DNA of 64,000 nucleotides from an uncultured Clostridia bacterium (GTDB taxonomy: Bacteria > Bacillota > Clostridia > TANB77 > CAG-508): assembly GCA_948678575.1 (NCBI GenBank), contig CAPPGO010000001.1, positions 195,951 to 259,950 of the forward strand, read 5' to 3'. The translations under genes were made by a program, and so were the position numbers. Below the pieces are notes generated by a model. The model was not told where the DNA came from and did no database searches. It saw only the letters and a list, made by a program, of their open reading frames with translations. This document shows, piece by piece, positions 49,701-58,829 of the stretch; positions within the stretch are counted from its first letter, which is position 1; each line of letters starts with the position of its first letter.

Positions 49701-52552
49701 ATTCCACTAACCATAAATGTATTTCTATTAGTTCCAATTGTTTTACCTGTTATAACATCTGTTGCTTCTGTATTTGGTACTCTACCTAACATTGCAACAT
49801 CTGTACAATCATTTCCTGTATTATTTAATGCTGCAAGTGTCATTGTAACATCTCTTGTAAGTGTTCCCATTTCAGCTTTGGCTGTTACTTCACCTTGTTT
49901 TATTGTTTCAATTGTACTTCCCATTCCATCATAATTTTCAATACCATTTGCTGTAATAAAACCTGATGGTGCTTGGAATGAAAATACTTCAATATCAAAA
50001 CCATTTGTTGTTTTAATTATTCCATCTGGAATACCACTTGAAATTTTCCAATCTGTTTGTGATTGATAATTTGTTACACCTTGATTGAAATAATACATTT
50101 TTAATTGATCATCTTTCTTTGGTGTATAATCATCAACTACTATTTTTGTATTTACTATAATATTTGTACCATTTGTAATTTCACTTGTACTAAATTCTCT
50201 TTGAACACCCTCTAATTGAATTTTCATTCTTTGAACGTTATTTGCATCTTTGAAAAGTGAAATGTTTTTAACTGTTAATCCTTCTTCATATAAAAGATTT
50301 ACTGATTTTACTTCAACATCTCTTATATAAGATGGAAATACAATTTCGAATTCTGGATTTATATATAAATCACTTTTATCAGTATTATTATTAAGTTCAA
50401 TTTTTAATTCAACATTTTCGTTATCTGCTATTGTAGATAATTGTGTTGTATTCATTGAAATTTCAGCTTTTGTATAGCTTTTTTCAAAATATTTTTCTGC
50501 TTTTAATGGTGTAAGTTCAATAACTTCATCAGAAGTTCCATATTTTACTTGTGCTTTTACTCTACTTTCTATTTTTTCAAAATTATTAAATGTAGCTTTT
50601 TCATAAGCACATTTTCCAATTGATTTAACAAAATCAACTGTTATTGTTCCATTAACTTTAATATCTTTTACAGATATTTCTACACCATGTATATCTCCAT
50701 TTAGTACTAATTCACAATCTTCTTGTGAACTAACTATGCTAGCATTTAATGTATGTAAAACTTCTCCTGTACTTGATTTAATTTCTATTGTTCCGCCTTG
50801 ATTTAATATTTCTGCTATCTCAGCATATTTGAATTTTACTTCTTTATATAATACATCTTGCGCTTCAAATTCTAAGTTTGTCTTATCTATATAATATTCT
50901 TTTGTATCTTTTAATGTAAATTCTTTTAAAATATCATTTGTAAGAATATTTATACTAACTGTTGAAGTAAATTCTGTATCATATACAGCTTCAACTGAAT
51001 TATAGTTAGCATTAATTTTTCCTTTGCTTATTAAATCTTCTGTTGTTCCTATTGAATATGTAATAAGTTCTCCAATATTTACAATTGTTTTCTTTTCTCC
51101 TGAGAAATCTTTTGTTATTATATTATTTTCTTTTCCGCTAAATTCTTCAACTGTTACTTTTCCTTTTAAGTCAACTGAAATTTCTTGACTTTCTACATAT
51201 TCATCGTATCTATATACAATTACATATATATCTTCGCCACTTGTTAAAACAGCATTATTGTTTTCAACTTTTATAGTTATGGTATTTTTATCTGCATTAT
51301 ATTCCCAATTATCACTAGAAAAAGTAATTTCATTAATTTCTTCACCTGATGTTGCTTTTAATTTTGTTGCGCGCACATCTAAAGTTATAGGTGATTTTCC
51401 ATTAATTAATGGAGCTTCAAACTCTATAACTGTTTCTTTTAATGGTAAATAATTTTCCTCTGTACAATCTCTATTTACAACTATTTTGCTTTCAACCAAA
51501 GTTCCTTTTGTTCCTTCAACTTCAAAAGGTGAAACTTTTGTAATTTCAGTTGAAACATTTATGTCTTTTGAATAAGTCCATTCAGTTGTTATTTTATCTG
51601 TACTAGAAACTTCTACTTCTTCTAGATCTTCATTTATATAAGTACCAAACAAGTCCAAATTTGTTTGTTTATATAAGTCTGATACATTTAATGTTTCACC
51701 AGCTTTATAAGCTAATTTAACATAAATCTTTGTATTTTCTGCTACATTTTCTACCAATATTTCATTATCACTATTAATCTTTGCACTTATTGCTGAAACG
51801 GGTATAACGTCATTATTTTCTTTTTGTTTAGCTTCGTCTTCATATACTTTATCTTCATCAACTAATACATCTTCTTGTTCTTGATTATCCACTGTTTTTC
51901 CGTCAGTTGGAATAATGTTTTCAGCCGCTTGTCCGTCGGCAGGTTCCATATCTTGAACATTTGTATTATCTGATGTTACAGTATTAGCATTATCAACAAC
52001 TGCTGTATTTTCTTCATTTTCTACTACATTATTTGTAACGTCATTTGCTATTTCATTTGCAATAGTGTTTTCTGATGATGTTGTATTTTCATTTGTTGGT
52101 AAAGTCAATTCTACTTCTGGTAAATCAGCATTTACAACTTGTCCTGTTTGCAAAAGAGTTTCTTCAAGTTGAACAGCTTGTTCTAATGTATCCTCCTTCT
52201 TTTCGTTATTTGATGATAAATTCAAAATTTCTTCGAATTTAAAATTGGGCTCTCCTTCATCAGTAACAGCTTTTATTGTTCCAGTTTTCAAATAACCAAT
52301 TTCTTTTGGTTCTAACTCTAAAATCAATGTCATTTTGCCATTAACATCTGCTTGCATTTCATTTTTTTCTTTTCCATTTTCATCTAAGAAATAAGCCTTG
52401 TATGAAAGATTATTCTTACCAAAAAGTGAAAAACCAAAAAGCGATATGCCATCACTTGTTGCCAATGCTTGCAAAGTTAAACCACAATTTGAAAATGTGA
52501 TAACAAATACTATTGCCATTACTAAGATTTTCCTAAGTACTTTGTTTTCCAT
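46760..52552 (-). CDS. Giant cell-surface protein, A-type (1930 aa), paralog of 33049..38154: DUF11-like repeats, Asn/Asp-rich low-complexity tracts, SdrD-B-like domain, ITVSTG motif plus TM and long basic tail
   Basis: It shares blocks with A2 (ELNNNTD.SD.Y...EFEI..P.Y..DVEV, NGTNI..NT.I.VD.Y.P, KSYLIVPT). The SdrD-B-like region is GRAWLDTNKNGAREDDE...TDSNGGYIFNDVENGKYIVAFVYD. The C-terminus is ITVSTGRTLRNVIIIIFIIGVLAGLGY plus a KKISLKKFYK-type basic tail. Confidence 0.7.
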   Translation of the reverse strand: MENKVLRKILVMAIVFVITFSNCGLTLQALATSDGISLFGFSLFGKNNLSYKAYFLDENGKEKNEMQADVNGKMTLILELEPKEIGYLKTGTIKAVTDEGEPNFKFEEILNLSSNNEKKEDTLEQAVQLEETLLQTGQVVNADLPEVELTLPTNENTTSSENTIANEIANDVTNNVVENEENTAVVDNANTVTSDNTNVQDMEPADGQAAENIIPTDGKTVDNQEQEDVLVDEDKVYEDEAKQKENNDVIPVSAISAKINSDNEILVENVAENTKIYVKLAYKAGETLNVSDLYKQTNLDLFGTYINEDLEEVEVSSTDKITTEWTYSKDINVSTEITKVSPFEVEGTKGTLVESKIVVNRDCTEENYLPLKETVIEFEAPLINGKSPITLDVRATKLKATSGEEINEITFSSDNWEYNADKNTITIKVENNNAVLTSGEDIYVIVYRYDEYVESQEISVDLKGKVTVEEFSGKENNIITKDFSGEKKTIVNIGELITYSIGTTEDLISKGKINANYNSVEAVYDTEFTSTVSINILTNDILKEFTLKDTKEYYIDKTNLEFEAQDVLYKEVKFKYAEIAEILNQGGTIEIKSSTGEVLHTLNASIVSSQEDCELVLNGDIHGVEISVKDIKVNGTITVDFVKSIGKCAYEKATFNNFEKIESRVKAQVKYGTSDEVIELTPLKAEKYFEKSYTKAEISMNTTQLSTIADNENVELKIELNNNTDKSDLYINPEFEIVFPSYIRDVEVKSVNLLYEEGLTVKNISLFKDANNVQRMKIQLEGVQREFSTSEITNGTNIIVNTKIVVDDYTPKKDDQLKMYYFNQGVTNYQSQTDWKISSGIPDGIIKTTNGFDIEVFSFQAPSGFITANGIENYDGMGSTIETIKQGEVTAKAEMGTLTRDVTMTLAALNNTGNDCTDVAMLGRVPNTEATDVITGKTIGTNRNTFMVSGILQSDINPIGCDIYYSYNPKADISLSNGANGWTKTPEDMSQVKSYLIVPTSTVKAGTLFKFSYNFQIPANLPYEVEMYGSFGAYYNNHTDLAVVYESTKADLVGLVTEAGPKIEANLSVDIGDGADILSEKRMKYTVTVVNSGSIDIQNINVKAPIPEYTTYTVKDGRCYVGDYSFVLDSTKKEMEFNIPVLKAGETKTFDYYVRTNRKPTLESYATGKDENGYYIEEVVGYKDVEVPPQSGDENTKYENEEKVIIQEPIFEKKYITEVPDIYITNKATVTSDTLANSIETNEIKNKLQYANFDTNITLDYDRVLEPGTPTNFTLNVQNISNRDLKNVEAIFNVGKVYEFSSGKINGADGDITFSPNDGKIYFKIPEMKKGETTVITTEVIAKKISKSKEEYNCQFQIKSEDMANYEYSTPVNQSVIRGMIDAKDSTVNKLSQIKENETIVISTTITNMGLTNVTSGKFQCDVPNNMDVREIKCSNGSTLSTGDGTGKIDAKLPIIKANESMTVDMTLKAKNMSGIDTIKVILNRKITADNQEDINIDPFEFTVLNTEKTEEEKEQDRIDNLNKEYEEEQKRQEQEDNANNDNNTNNDNDNVNQNPDNSNNNNNNSNNNNNLTPNEPNTPTQPEENNNPSEPVEVQKYSIKGRAWLDTNKNGAREDDEKALASIKVYLLTVGHSMLKSTTTDSNGGYIFNDVENGKYIVAFVYDNKLYTTTIYKKADVGEDRNSDVIESNADDMNAISNTITVENANIENIDIGLQSRDTFDLQITKYLSKAKVTTKKGTKEYNYNNVDLAKIDIHSKQLKGAKVELEYTITLENKGSLEGYAEQVVDYIGTDIEFDENQNKDWYKGNDGYIYMKNINQTTLNPGQKKEYKINLTKTMTNENTGTISNKVEILKALSNSAESEKADNNISVQNTIITVSTGRTLRNVIIIIFIIGVLAGLGYNQKLPIDIHFDKVYKAKNKKISLKKFYK

Positions 52553-52928
52553 AACTTTTTCCCTTTCTGCCGTTTTGGCGCAATACTGCTTAAATTATTA
52601 TATATATTATATTACGCTTTAATTTTTTTTTTGTACATAGGGAAAAATTCCCAATTTTCAATTGTTACAGAGATTTTGACACAAAAAAATTACGGAAATA
52701 AAGGCTTCAAAATCAATTTTTCACTATATTAAATTTTCATTACTTTTTTGAAAAGTATCTGACATAAAACCATAAATTACTATTTTTTTATGAAAAAGTG
52801 ATAAAAATTTCTTAAAACAAGCAACCGTGCTAAAATAAAAAGAAGAACATAGTCAACATTCTTCTCATTAAAAAGTATAAATATTAAACATAAAATTATT
52901 ACGGCATCAAGCTTTTCTTCCAAATAAG

Positions 52929-53243
52929 TCACCTCCGATTTTCACCTAAAATTTCTAGAACTGTAATTATATTTGCAATTTTCATATATTCTTCTAATTT
53001 TTCTTGTTTTTCTTTATGTAGAAAAGGTTTCAACGCATTCAATAGTTGTACTCTTGGAGAATTCTTCTCTTGTGCAGTTCCTATCATATTTTTTATTTTA
53101 AGAATAGTTGCAATATCTATATCAAAACCAGTAGACTTTTCAGAAGAATTATTTGTATTGCTTTGCATACTAGGCATTTCAATATTTTTTTCTTCTAATA
53201 TGGTTTTAAATTTTGAAATTACTTCTGAAAAATCTTCGTTCAT
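52929..53243 (-). CDS. Hypothetical small protein (104 aa)
   Basis: It is a hydrophilic ORF with no recognisable motif. It occupies the position where minD/minE would be expected downstream of minC. Confidence 0.4.
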   Translation of the reverse strand: MNEDFSEVISKFKTILEEKNIEMPSMQSNTNNSSEKSTGFDIDIATILKIKNMIGTAQEKNSPRVQLLNALKPFLHKEKQEKLEEYMKIANIITVLEILGENRR

Positions 53244-53252
53244 AAAACCTCC

Positions 53253-53378
53253 TTAAAATTTTTCTTTAAAATCTGTACTTTTAAGTATTTCTTGTGCTTT
53301 ATTTAGATTTTTTTCAAGTTCCTCTTTATCCATTTTTGCTATCATGTCAAGCAATTTATTTATATCCATATTTTGCAT
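53253..53378 (-). CDS. Unannotated small ORF (41 aa, MQNMDINKLLDMIAKMDKEELEKNLNKAQEILKSTDFKEKF) with a strong RBS
   Basis: It is absent from the supplied ORF track because it is shorter than 60 aa. An AAGGAGGT motif lies 7 nt upstream of the ATG at 53376-53378, and the TAA stop is at 53253-53255, 9 nt before the next gene. Confidence 0.35.
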   Translation of the reverse strand: MQNMDINKLLDMIAKMDKEELEKNLNKAQEILKSTDFKEKF

Positions 53379-53605
53379 AGGTTACCTCCTTTTTTATATA
53401 ATTATATGCACAACATACTTAATTGTTTACTAAATAAAAAATAATCATAGGCTAATTTTTAACTCATATGCTTTAAATATAAGTTTGCAATCGCACGAAT
53501 ATATATAACTTAACCTTGTTATTCCGAAAAATTTTAACTAACTTTCATACATAATAAAAAAGAAGCATTTGTATATACATTAATGCTTCTTTTTTTATTT
53601 AATTT

Positions 53606-54211
53606 TTATTCTATAATAATTTTGTTTCCAGATACTGTTGCTACTGGGTTTTTATCAACTTTTTCTTCTAATTCTTTTACTAGATTTCCAATTCTTATTT
53701 GTGTAACATCTATTGAATTAGCACATATCATTGCCAACATATTTCCATTTGCACCAGCATGCGCTACACCTCTTAAAACTCCTACAATAACAACATTTCC
53801 ACCTGCTACTATTTCTCCACCTGCATTAACATCACCACAAACTACTATACTACCTGGATATTCTTCCTTTTGACCTGAACGAATTGAACCTATAATATAT
53901 TTAGTCTCTGATATTTCAGTATTTGATTCAAAAGTTTTTTTAATAGCGTGCAATCCTAGTAAATCTGATACATCATCAAATTTTACCACAACTTGAATTT
54001 CTTGATGTATTAAATCTCTTAAAGCTTCTATCTCTGTTTCTGAAAATAACTTACCCGTAATCCTCATAGGAAGTTTTGAATTTTTATAAAACTCTTTTAA
54101 TTTAGGAAGCTTTACTTGTAATTCCTCTATAATCTCGTTCATTTCTGCTATAATATTAATATTTAAAACTATTTCATCTGGTTTTTGACTAATTTTAATA
54201 TTGTTCAACAT
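53606..54211 (-). CDS. minC: Septum site-determining protein MinC
   Basis: The 201-aa ORF has a C-terminal beta-helix domain with the MinC pattern (GSIVVCGDVNAGGEIVAGGNVVIVGVLRGVAHAGANGN). It lies directly downstream of the mreBCD-PBP genes. Confidence 0.8.
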   Translation of the reverse strand: MLNNIKISQKPDEIVLNINIIAEMNEIIEELQVKLPKLKEFYKNSKLPMRITGKLFSETEIEALRDLIHQEIQVVVKFDDVSDLLGLHAIKKTFESNTEISETKYIIGSIRSGQKEEYPGSIVVCGDVNAGGEIVAGGNVVIVGVLRGVAHAGANGNMLAMICANSIDVTQIRIGNLVKELEEKVDKNPVATVSGNKIIIE

Positions 54212-54226
54212 CTTTTTCCATCCTTT

Positions 54227-56356
54227 TTATCTAAAACTTTCTACCTCAGAACTAACATTCATTGCTTCTTTTACCTCTTTTACATTCATTCCAAAGTATT
54301 CAGCTACTATTTCTTTTACTACTTCCGCAGTATAATATCCATGACCTCCATTTTCAACCATAACTACAACTGCAATTTCTGGTTTTGTAAATGGCGCAAA
54401 TCCTACGAACCAAGCATTTACAATTTGAGTTCCAACTTCGGCAGAACCTGTTTTACCACCTACCTGAATATTGAAATCTTGGAATGTTTGATATGCTGTA
54501 CCACCTCTATCATCTGTAACAGAAAGCATACCTTGTAAAACTGCTCTTGTAGTTTCTTCACTTATTTCAAAATTCTCACTAGTATCTTCTTCTAAATTTA
54601 ATTTATCTTTAACAAATTCATCTATTTCAGAATGCGCTACATAAGTACCATTTGATAAGATTACATCTTTAATAACTGTTGGTTTTATTTTTTTACCACC
54701 ATTTGCTATCATTGAAATATATTTCGCCATTTGAATTGGCGTAACATTGTTTCTACCTTGACCAATTGCTGCATTTAATGTATGACCTTTTGTCCAACCA
54801 TCTCCTGTTGCATTTTTTAATCCTTCTTTACTTGCAACTTCGCCTGCTTTTTCACTTGAAAGTTCAACACCTGTTTTACTGCCTATTCCATAAAATCTCG
54901 CATATTTTTCCAAAGTATCTATTCCCATTCTTGTTGCTACTTCATAGAAAAAGTAATTACAAGATTTTTCTAGTGCTTCTGCTATATTTAAACGCCTATG
55001 TCCATATCCATAACTATTATAATACCAACATGCTGGTTGTTTTTTAGCACCTTCTAATGGATATGGTCCATTATCATCAATTTTTTCTGTTGTTGTTGTA
55101 ACACCTGATTCTAATGCTGCTACTGCTGTTATCATTTTAAAAGTTGAACCTGGTGCATATGCACTTGAAATTGCTCTAAATTGTAAATTTTTTCCTGGTT
55201 TATAAGACTCTAATTGTGCTGATGAAATACCATTATAAAAATCTTCTGGTGTATAATCTGGATAACTTGCCATTGCAAGTATTTCACCAGTATTAACATT
55301 CATAACAACAGCACTACCACCTTCTGTTTCATATACATGTCCAAATCCACCATTTCTTATCTTATCAATATTTGCTGCCAAAGCTCTTTCTGTAATGCCT
55401 TGTAAATTAGCATCTATTGTAAGAACTATATTAGCTCCGCCTATTGCTTCTTCTGCTGTATATTCTCCTGTAATTGTACCATCAACAGACATGTCTATTT
55501 GCTTTTCGCCATCTTTTCCTCTTAAATATTCTTCAAACACATACTCTATTCCAGTTTGACCAACTTTATCATCTACGTCATACTCATGAGTATCGCCTCT
55601 TCTTTCAAATTCTTCAACATTCTCTTTTCTCATTCTTTGCACATAGCCAATAATATGTGAAGCTAAATTGCCTGTATGATACTTTCTAATTGGTTCCTGT
55701 ATAACACTTACGCCTGTTAAGCTTTGTCCCATTTCCTGTAACTGAACTGCACTTTCAGGAGTAATTGAAGCAGAAATTTCCAAAGTTCTCGTATTAGAAT
55801 ATCCCACAGTTTCAATTGCATATCTTATTGCTAATATTTGTAAAATTTCCTCTGGATTATCATTTTTAATTTTATATTTATCTCTGAATATATAGAAAGC
55901 TTCTTCTGCTGATGCTGCTTCTGGAATTTTATATTTTGTTCTCCATTCAGCAAGTTTTTCTTCTGAATCAAACATAAATTCAAATGGTTCTATTGAAATA
56001 GGAAATGGATTTATGTAAGAATCTCCATTTTGTTTTAGAATATTTGTCATAAGTAATATTGAATTATTTAAAGTTTCATCATCAACATTAGTCTTGTACA
56101 TTGCAACCGATGAACCTAAATCAGTAGAAACTAAGGTTGTCCCCGTTCTATCTGAAATAGAACCTCTCGCAGCTTCTATTTTTCCTGATCTGGTTAGTCT
56201 TGTATTTGACATTTCCCTATATTCAGCTCCATTTACGATTTGTATATTAAAAAGCTGAACAAGAATTACAATACCCACAAAATATGCACAAGTTGTTAAT
56301 ATGTTATATCTAAAATTGGATTTTTCTAAATCACTTTTTTGCCTCAGTTTCTTCAC
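54227..56356 (-). CDS. Penicillin-binding protein 2 / peptidoglycan D,D-transpeptidase (class B PBP)
   Basis: It has an N-terminal TM segment and a dimerisation domain. The transpeptidase motifs are STFK (GSTFKMITAVAAL), SCN (KSCNYF) and KTG (GGKTGSAEV). It sits in the mreBCD-minC locus. Confidence 0.9.
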   Translation of the reverse strand: MKKLRQKSDLEKSNFRYNILTTCAYFVGIVILVQLFNIQIVNGAEYREMSNTRLTRSGKIEAARGSISDRTGTTLVSTDLGSSVAMYKTNVDDETLNNSILLMTNILKQNGDSYINPFPISIEPFEFMFDSEEKLAEWRTKYKIPEAASAEEAFYIFRDKYKIKNDNPEEILQILAIRYAIETVGYSNTRTLEISASITPESAVQLQEMGQSLTGVSVIQEPIRKYHTGNLASHIIGYVQRMRKENVEEFERRGDTHEYDVDDKVGQTGIEYVFEEYLRGKDGEKQIDMSVDGTITGEYTAEEAIGGANIVLTIDANLQGITERALAANIDKIRNGGFGHVYETEGGSAVVMNVNTGEILAMASYPDYTPEDFYNGISSAQLESYKPGKNLQFRAISSAYAPGSTFKMITAVAALESGVTTTTEKIDDNGPYPLEGAKKQPACWYYNSYGYGHRRLNIAEALEKSCNYFFYEVATRMGIDTLEKYARFYGIGSKTGVELSSEKAGEVASKEGLKNATGDGWTKGHTLNAAIGQGRNNVTPIQMAKYISMIANGGKKIKPTVIKDVILSNGTYVAHSEIDEFVKDKLNLEEDTSENFEISEETTRAVLQGMLSVTDDRGGTAYQTFQDFNIQVGGKTGSAEVGTQIVNAWFVGFAPFTKPEIAVVVMVENGGHGYYTAEVVKEIVAEYFGMNVKEVKEAMNVSSEVESFR

Positions 56357-56365
56357 CTTCTTCTT

Positions 56366-56911
56366 TTAAAAATATCTTGTAAGTATATTATTTCTTTTAA
56401 ATGCTCTATCAACTTTATATCCTAAATTTTGAATCATTGGATATAAAATAATTGTAATTAAAACATTATATATTATTTCAAAAATAACTATTTTCATCAA
56501 TTTAAGCCATTCAAAATCATAACCTATGATTAGCCCACCCAAAGCATAATAACCTATTTCATAAATTAGTGTAGCTCCTATTACCATAAGTACTATTTTA
56601 AATTTACTTTCCTTTGAAAAATTCTTATCAAAATAAGCTCCCAAATATCCTATAACACAAAGCATTACTGCTGTAATACCAATTACTTTGCCATATATTA
56701 AATCTATTAATACCCCCATTATAAGTCCAAATCCAACTGCTTCAATTGTATTTGCAAAAAGACCTATCCATAAAATAAAAATAACAAATAAATTTGGCAT
56801 TACTCCTGCTATTTTTAAGCTTGGAAATATATTAGCTTGTAATAAATATATAATTATAAATGTTATAAAAAACAAAATCGATATTCCAAATTTTTTCATA
56901 TTTAATCTCAT
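56366..56911 (-). CDS. mreD: Rod shape-determining protein MreD
   Basis: It is a 181-aa polytopic membrane protein immediately downstream of mreC. Confidence 0.75.
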   Translation of the reverse strand: MRLNMKKFGISILFFITFIIIYLLQANIFPSLKIAGVMPNLFVIFILWIGLFANTIEAVGFGLIMGVLIDLIYGKVIGITAVMLCVIGYLGAYFDKNFSKESKFKIVLMVIGATLIYEIGYYALGGLIIGYDFEWLKLMKIVIFEIIYNVLITIILYPMIQNLGYKVDRAFKRNNILTRYF

Positions 56912-56953
56912 TCCTTAGGCACAAATCTCAGTTAAAAATTAATTTTTCAACTC

Positions 56954-57769
56954 TTATTCCGCAATAATTAAAACATTATCAACTGTTCTGAAATCAACAG
57001 CTGGTTCAACAATTGCATATCTATCAATAACATTGCTTGTTGTTACTATTTCTTTTATTGTACCTATTCTAATACCTTTTCTATAAATTCCTCCAATACC
57101 AGAAGTAGATACTGTGTCTCCTTGAATTAACTCTGCCCCAGTTGGTATAAAACTTGCTCTTAATGTTTGATCATTATCAAGTGTTCCTTTACAAATAATA
57201 CTTTGCTCTGTTGTACTTATTGAGCAACTTACTGTACTTGCAGGATCAATTATAACTTGTACTTTTGATGTATGTTTTGATACAGAAATAATATGTCCTA
57301 CTAAACCTTGATCTGCAATTACTGTCATTTGTTCTGCAACACCATCTTCTGAACCAACATTTAATATAAGAGTGCTACTTAAATTACTAACATCTTTATT
57401 TATTACATACGCTGGAATAGTTTGATATTCTGCATATTTTTGAGTTAAGTTCATATATTCTTGCATTGTTTCATTATCTGCTTTTATTATTTCTAATTCT
57501 CTAACCTGTTCTTCTAATTTACTATTTTTTTCTTTTAATTCTGCATTTTCACTTATTAATAATTCCATATCTGAAAAATATTTACTATTACCAGAGGCTT
57601 TATTTTTCAAACTAATAAATAAGTTTTGAACAGGAGAAAAGACTGAACTTGCAATACCTTCAAAAAATGAAATTTTGCTTGTTTGTACATTGGATAAAAA
57701 TATAAGTAATACTAAAATTATTAAAGTTATAACTCCACCAAGTGTCTCAGTTTGCTTATTTCTATTCAT
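56954..57769 (-). CDS. mreC: Rod shape-determining protein MreC
   Basis: The 271-aa ORF has an N-terminal TM segment, a coiled-coil (ENAELKEKNSKLEEQVRELE) and a C-terminal beta-domain. It lies downstream of mreB. Confidence 0.85.
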   Translation of the reverse strand: MNRNKQTETLGGVITLIILVLLIFLSNVQTSKISFFEGIASSVFSPVQNLFISLKNKASGNSKYFSDMELLISENAELKEKNSKLEEQVRELEIIKADNETMQEYMNLTQKYAEYQTIPAYVINKDVSNLSSTLILNVGSEDGVAEQMTVIADQGLVGHIISVSKHTSKVQVIIDPASTVSCSISTTEQSIICKGTLDNDQTLRASFIPTGAELIQGDTVSTSGIGGIYRKGIRIGTIKEIVTTSNVIDRYAIVEPAVDFRTVDNVLIIAE

Positions 57770-57785
57770 TTACATTTCCCTTCTT

Positions 57786-58805
57786 CTAAAAATGTTTAGC
57801 CACTTTTTTCAAAGTATCTATATCTTCTAGCATCTTTCTTGTACCATTTGCAACACAGTCTAATGGTTCTATCGCAATAGATACTGGTATCTCTAATCTT
57901 TCTTTAAGTACGCTATCTATATTTTTTATTAAAGCTCCCCCACCAGCAACTACCAAGCCATTAATAGCTATGTCAGAAATTAATTCTGGCGGAGTTTGCT
58001 CTAATGCTACTTTTACTGATTCAACAATTTTATTTATAGATTTTTTTAATGCATATTCAACTTCAACAGATGATATATCTTTCACAACTGGTAAACCTGT
58101 ATATACATCTCTTCCTCTAATTTCTCTATATTCTTCTGTAAGAAGTGGTGCTGCACAGCCTATCTCTTTTTTTATTCTTTCTGCTGTGTTTTCACCAATT
58201 ATTACATCTAATCTTTTTTTTGCATAATTTATAATATCTTCTGTTAATTCATCACCAGCTATTTTTATAGAATTACTAATTACAATTCCACCAAGAGAAA
58301 TAACAGCTACTTCCGTTGTTCCTCCACCAATGTCTACTACCATACTTCCTGATGGTTCACCCACATTTATTCCAGCTCCAATTGCTGCCGCCATTGGCTC
58401 ATCTATTAAATATACTTCTCTTGCACCACTGGATATAATTGCTTCTTCAACAGCTCTTTCAGCTACTTCTGTAATACCAGATGGCACTCCAACTACTACT
58501 TGTGGTTTATAAAGATGATATCTTTTAGAAACTTTTTCAACTACTGCTTGAAGTAACAATTTTGTAGCTGTAAAATCTGCAATAACTCCATCTTTTAATG
58601 GTCTAATTGCAATAATCCTTTCTGGTGTTTTTCCAAGCATTGCTTTTGCTTCTTCACCAACTGCTATTATCTCTTTTGTTTCTTTATCATAAGCTACTAC
58701 TGATGATTCTCGATATATGATTCCTCTATCTTTAAGTGCAATCAGTATATTAGCTGTTCCTAAATCTATGCCTAAATCTCTGTTTGCAAAATTAAATATG
58801 TTCAT
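57786..58805 (-). CDS. mreB: Rod shape-determining protein MreB (actin homolog)
   Basis: It begins MNIFNFANRDLGIDLGTANILIA... and contains ...VVDIGGGTTEVAVISLGGIV, the actin-fold phosphate-1/2 motifs. The ORF is 339 aa. Confidence 0.93.
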   Translation of the reverse strand: MNIFNFANRDLGIDLGTANILIALKDRGIIYRESSVVAYDKETKEIIAVGEEAKAMLGKTPERIIAIRPLKDGVIADFTATKLLLQAVVEKVSKRYHLYKPQVVVGVPSGITEVAERAVEEAIISSGAREVYLIDEPMAAAIGAGINVGEPSGSMVVDIGGGTTEVAVISLGGIVISNSIKIAGDELTEDIINYAKKRLDVIIGENTAERIKKEIGCAAPLLTEEYREIRGRDVYTGLPVVKDISSVEVEYALKKSINKIVESVKVALEQTPPELISDIAINGLVVAGGGALIKNIDSVLKERLEIPVSIAIEPLDCVANGTRKMLEDIDTLKKVAKHF

Positions 58806-58829
58806 TAAGCTCTCCTAAGTATTTTCTTT

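Noticed and set aside
26187-52552. Possibility that the four giant ORFs are assembly artefacts of collapsed or expanded repeats
   Set aside because: Each ORF is uninterrupted over 5-8 kb. The internal repeats and the paralogs are substantially diverged at the nucleotide level. Gene junctions carry proper RBS, start and stop signals, and terminators.
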